A stretch of 64,000 nt of DNA from an uncultured Nitrososphaeraceae archaeon. GTDB lineage: Archaea > Thermoproteota > Nitrososphaeria > Nitrososphaerales > Nitrososphaeraceae. Location of the stretch: positions 32,001 through 96,000 of the forward strand of contig CAVSMN010000020.1 of assembly GCA_963729045.1 (NCBI GenBank). The letters run 5' to 3'. The notes beneath the pieces were generated by a model. That model was given only the letters and a program-made list of their open reading frames with translations. It was not told the DNA's origin and ran no database searches. Shown piece by piece: positions 59,960 through 64,000 of this stretch; position 1 is the stretch's first letter; each line of letters starts with the position of its first letter. The translations under genes were made by a program, and so were the position numbers.

Positions 59960-61130
59960 ATGATTTCGTATAATTATATAAAATTGAAAAATTATAGAAT
60001 AAATGATATTTATTCTTTTAAGCAAAATACTAAATTCTTGATTTCAATATCTTTAATGTTTTCTATTTGTTTTCTTATTTCAGGCTCATTTGGTTCGGCC
60101 GAGGCACATTTCAGCCACTCTGCTCACTATAATAATGGAGATACAGGAATTGGGGATAAGTACATGGTTCTTCAACAAATAGAGCCAGAATATACCAAAC
60201 CAAATGAATTATCGCAGATCCAATTTAGCATTCAAGATAAGCAAGGTAAAGACACGAGCAATTTGGTAGGGATGGTTGAAATTTATTCAACACTTACCAA
60301 TGAACGGTTGTCTGCTTATCCTTGGACAAGGCTAGCAGTAGGCGATTTCCAAGTTCCATACATATTTCCAAAGGTAGGAAATTATCAAATTGTTCTAAGC
60401 ATACTAGATGATAATTCCAATAATTCTACTGATGATATCATCAATACAATTCCTCCTGCACGTACAATATTAGGTGATAATTCAAATTGCAACTGTGAAA
60501 GAGCCGTATTTAATGTCTCTATAACTGAATCGTTTGGCTTCATTTTTACTACAGTGATTTATGGTTCAGCTGTAGGCGTTATCTTGATTGTCGGATTAGT
60601 TTTAAGCTGGATGTTTCTAAGCAGAAGAAAAAGCAAAACAAATCCGATATCGAATGATGAATTTATTAAATATTCAGTCTTGTTTTTAGCACTTGGTGCG
60701 GCCATAGTTCACCTTGCAGTATATTCGGGTCACGCAACGTTAAGGTATGAATATAGCATATTTCTAATATCCGCCGCAGGTGGACAACTTTTCTATGGGA
60801 TTTCATATATCTTGCTAATTTTCTCTGATGATAAACTAACGGTCAAAAAAACTGACAAAAAGTATATTTCAAAAGAGTATTACAAAAAATCTTTAATCTT
60901 AAACTGGATTGGATTAGTAGGGTCTTTGGTTCTAATAGTCTTATACTTGTTACTCAGTCATTTTCCCCCCTCCCCTTTCACCAAATTCAACTCCCGAAGA
61001 TGTCGATCTTGCCGGAATTATGGCCAAGGCATTAGAGATAGTATTAGTAATTGGAATCATTTATTTAATGCGAACAGAAAAGAAGAGATATTTATACAGT
61101 ATTCAGACATACGATGAGAAAAGTACATGA
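59960..61130 (+). CDS. Membrane protein with His-rich mature N-terminus, Ig-like ectodomain and multi-TM C-terminus (frameshift near 60950)
   Basis: AEA|HFSHSAHY, FPKVGNYQIV, CNC, AAIVHLAVYSGH; continuation PPPLSPNSTPEDVDLAGIMAKALEIVL...* to 61130. Confidence 0.8.
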
Positions 61131-61409
61131 TTTTTTATGTAAAAATACTTGTCGATCCACATATCGAATAGATACTAAAATCGAGTGATATCATCTAAGG
61201 AACGATTTGATTGATACAGGATAAGACTTTACTCAAGAAGGAAGCACTCAGTAGCCCTGGAAATATTTTTTTGTCCTATGATTTATTACGATTTATCGAT
61301 CAATAAAACGCTAAATTCTAAATTCATCTTGCAATTCAGACGAGAAAATAAGTAGAGGAGATATGATTTCTATCATCACAAAGGTTACCCATATTGTAGT
61401 TGTCGAATT

Positions 61410-62051
61410 TTAGTCGTCATCGTCGTTAGTACCATCTGGGTCATCCTCATTGTTTGAGTCTATAAATCTGAAGGAACTCAATATGTGTCCTATTGTTTCT
61501 TGACTTTGCTTTGAATCAAATTCATCCACGGTATTTTGGTAAGTAAGAATATACAAAATATCATCATGTATCAATAGAATTCTTTCCAAACCTTTGTCAG
61601 GAATATTAGTCAATCCCTCCATTGCAGTTAGCACTGACACGGTATCTGAACCATCTATCGCATACCTGTTCTCCTCTATATCTCCTACTACCCTTTCTTC
61701 TGGTGGCAAAATTATTTCCACTACTTCCTTTAATCCTCCTAGTTTCTCTGCCATTACTGCATCGGAATTTGATTGAGATTTCATGATTTTGAATGAATTA
61801 TTACCATTATACACTAGTACATCGGAATATTTTGAAAACCGATTAATTTTCTCCTCAACGTTCCAGTCAGAAGGATATTCAAAACTGATTCCCAACCGAT
61901 CATCAGAGTAGATAGTATAATTCAAATTGTTTTCAGTGGAATTATTTGATGCCAACGAACCATAGACATTACCGTATTCATAATATGTTAGAGTTATTAA
62001 CCCAAAACAGAAAACAACACTAAAAAGTACCAATACTTTAAGACCATACAT
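61410..62051 (-). CDS. PsbP-related secreted protein
   Basis: GISFEYPSDW, IDG, LYILTY, ILSSFRF. Confidence 0.82.
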   Translation of the reverse strand: MYGLKVLVLFSVVFCFGLITLTYYEYGNVYGSLASNNSTENNLNYTIYSDDRLGISFEYPSDWNVEEKINRFSKYSDVLVYNGNNSFKIMKSQSNSDAVMAEKLGGLKEVVEIILPPEERVVGDIEENRYAIDGSDTVSVLTAMEGLTNIPDKGLERILLIHDDILYILTYQNTVDEFDSKQSQETIGHILSSFRFIDSNNEDDPDGTNDDDD

Positions 62052-62479
62052 CTCATAAATACTATAGACATTAATTTAAAAATGATAACGCAAGATTGTT
62101 CATAACATTTTTCTATACAGAAAATACAGTAGCTCCGTCAATGGATCTCACTTTTCATATCAACAATTTAGTCTAACCACCTGATCGGGATTTTGCAATT
62201 ACCATATTCTACATACAAGGATTTTTTACCAATTAATTTTAGACTATTTTTATGGTGAGATGGGCTTTAAGACTTCAAATCGACCGTCATAGTATTATTT
62301 ATTTGTCACTGAAACTTCAACAAAGCTTTACCTTTTCTTCTATTCTAACCATTCATATATTACTTACAAAGTGATTATCAATCAATTCGAAAAATAGATA
62401 AGAATAGTTCAAACTATTTGAAAGAGGCAAAATTAAATCTATATCAAAGGTTAGCCCCATATCACGATGAAGCGATAAA

Positions 62480-62995
62480 ATGGACATTGTTGCGTCATTT
62501 TCAGAATATTTGAATACCGCATTGAGTTTTGAACCTGCATTAGTATTATCCATAATCATGAGGACTTTGATTGTATCTGGAATTCTTCTTTTTGTGATAA
62601 AATGGATTGGAAGTAAAGGAGTCAGTCAATTAACCATTTATCAATTAATCATAATATTGAGTCTTGGAAACATAGTGGCAGAACCTATGATCAATAGTGA
62701 CACACCTATACTATCTATGGTTACTGTCGTCGTCATCATCATCGTAGTATTCAAGCTGTTAGATTATGTAAGTGCCAAAAACAAAAGGATGGAGAAAATA
62801 ATAAATCCAGAAGTCATAGAATTGGTCAAGGATGGGCAGATGGATAAGGAGGGAATGATAAAAGCTAGAATAGGCATAAAAGAATATCAATCATTCATGC
62901 GATTGGCGGGAATAAGAGACATAAATGAGATAGAAATATCAAATTTAGAGATAAATGGTCAAATAAGTTTCATTAAAAAAGAACGACATGGTTGA
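62480..62995 (+). CDS. DUF421/YetF family membrane protein
   Basis: GSKGVSQLT, LGNIV, P..LVKDG, LEINGQISF. Confidence 0.88.
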   Translation: MDIVASFSEYLNTALSFEPALVLSIIMRTLIVSGILLFVIKWIGSKGVSQLTIYQLIIILSLGNIVAEPMINSDTPILSMVTVVVIIIVVFKLLDYVSAKNKRMEKIINPEVIELVKDGQMDKEGMIKARIGIKEYQSFMRLAGIRDINEIEISNLEINGQISFIKKERHG

Positions 62996-64000
62996 CGCAC
63001 AACCAAGGTCATATCTGATAGATTGATAACTAGATCTTTTCATTATAATGACAACACAGCAAGATCATTTGAATAAAGTATGAATGTATTATTATAATAT
63101 GATATCAATAATTTCAGAAAGAACTTGTTTGATATGATTCATTTTGGGATATACCCTTTGACCCTGACCCCATCTTCATGCTAATACCATGACAGCATTT
63201 TTTAACACTTAACTTAAGAAAAATAGGGAAAGAAAGGTCATGTAAATTGTTGGCACTTACATAAAAGACACCTATGATCGTAAAATTTTGGACCATTAGG
63301 TTCATCCCTGTGTTCTTTCTTTGAATGTGTACAATTTTTACATATTAATAATTGAAAACTAGCATCATTCATTACTTATTATTCGCCCTACAAATATATT
63401 AATGGTTGGAAAATTACTAGACAATAGTAATTTCTGGCTATAGATAAAGACCTCTAGATCCACTAGAATTTGAAAAAGTCCTCTCAAAATGCGTTGCTGT
63501 TTTACCCCATAAAGGTGACAAGTTATGATTCAAACGTATGTCAAGAATATAGACAATTATGTAGACTATATCGTAAAATCCAGTCTACGAGATCAGGATA
63601 GGAAATTCAGTGTATATCGATCGACACGCAATAATTGATTGATTTTTGGATGTGCTGGACTCTGGATTGATAGTAATTCCATCGAGAGACTTCATTTACA
63701 AACCACGTTTGCTTCCTGCACAAGATAAAAAAAGTGAACTCTAGTAAAAATATCATCAGCCTGTTGAATTATAGGCCAATCAACCCAAAAATACATTGAC
63801 TTCTGAAAATACCTCAAATTCCAAAAAAGATAAGATCAACATTTGAATTTGAATTTGATGAAAAATTCTATCGCCAAGTGATTGCAGAAGGCCTTCCCGT
63901 TAGATTGCCTTTCAAAATAACGAATTTCCCATGGAAACTAGAACCTAATATAATCTTATATAAGATGAATCCGAATAGTAATTGATGTCATATAGCAAGA

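Noticed and set aside
47090..62280. Further minus-strand tRNA-end-like copies at ~47090, ~49112 and ~62255
   Set aside because: Too degenerate to count without a profile search
828..63305. Many short ORF-track entries (e.g. 828, 3357, 5490, 5615, 6604, 19098, 21563, 36718, 54882, 58896, 61594)
   Set aside because: Antisense or alternate-frame shadows of better supported genes, with no recognisable motifs

Overview
AT-rich, low-coding-density archaeal window. The gene repertoire (F420/PPOX proteins, two-domain multicopper oxidase, CopD, TMEM175, FxLYD, PsbP-like and many N/S/T-rich secreted proteins) suggests a soil ammonia-oxidising archaeon, Nitrososphaeraceae, Ca. Nitrosocosmicus-like; this is inference. 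It is an accessory region with stress genes (PspA-PspAA fusion, PspAB, MsrB, OsmC, EndoV), transporters (YnfA pair, CLC, two TMEM175, PiT with DUF47), a copper-related cluster at about 31.7-44.5 kb, and two GC-elevated genes that may be acquired. No rRNA, complete tRNA, CRISPR array, integrase or transposase was seen. About 11 genes are split by small indels, probably assembly errors. The two most notable unexplained signals are non-coding. One is a candidate structured-RNA family (30532-30743, 51096-51223, possibly 10296-10470) with a covarying 17-bp closing stem and conserved internal motifs. The other is about 12 dispersed, progressively decayed copies of one tRNA 3' end (GGATTCGAAGCCCACCGGGCCCGCCA) in intergenic spacers, resembling accumulated att scars.
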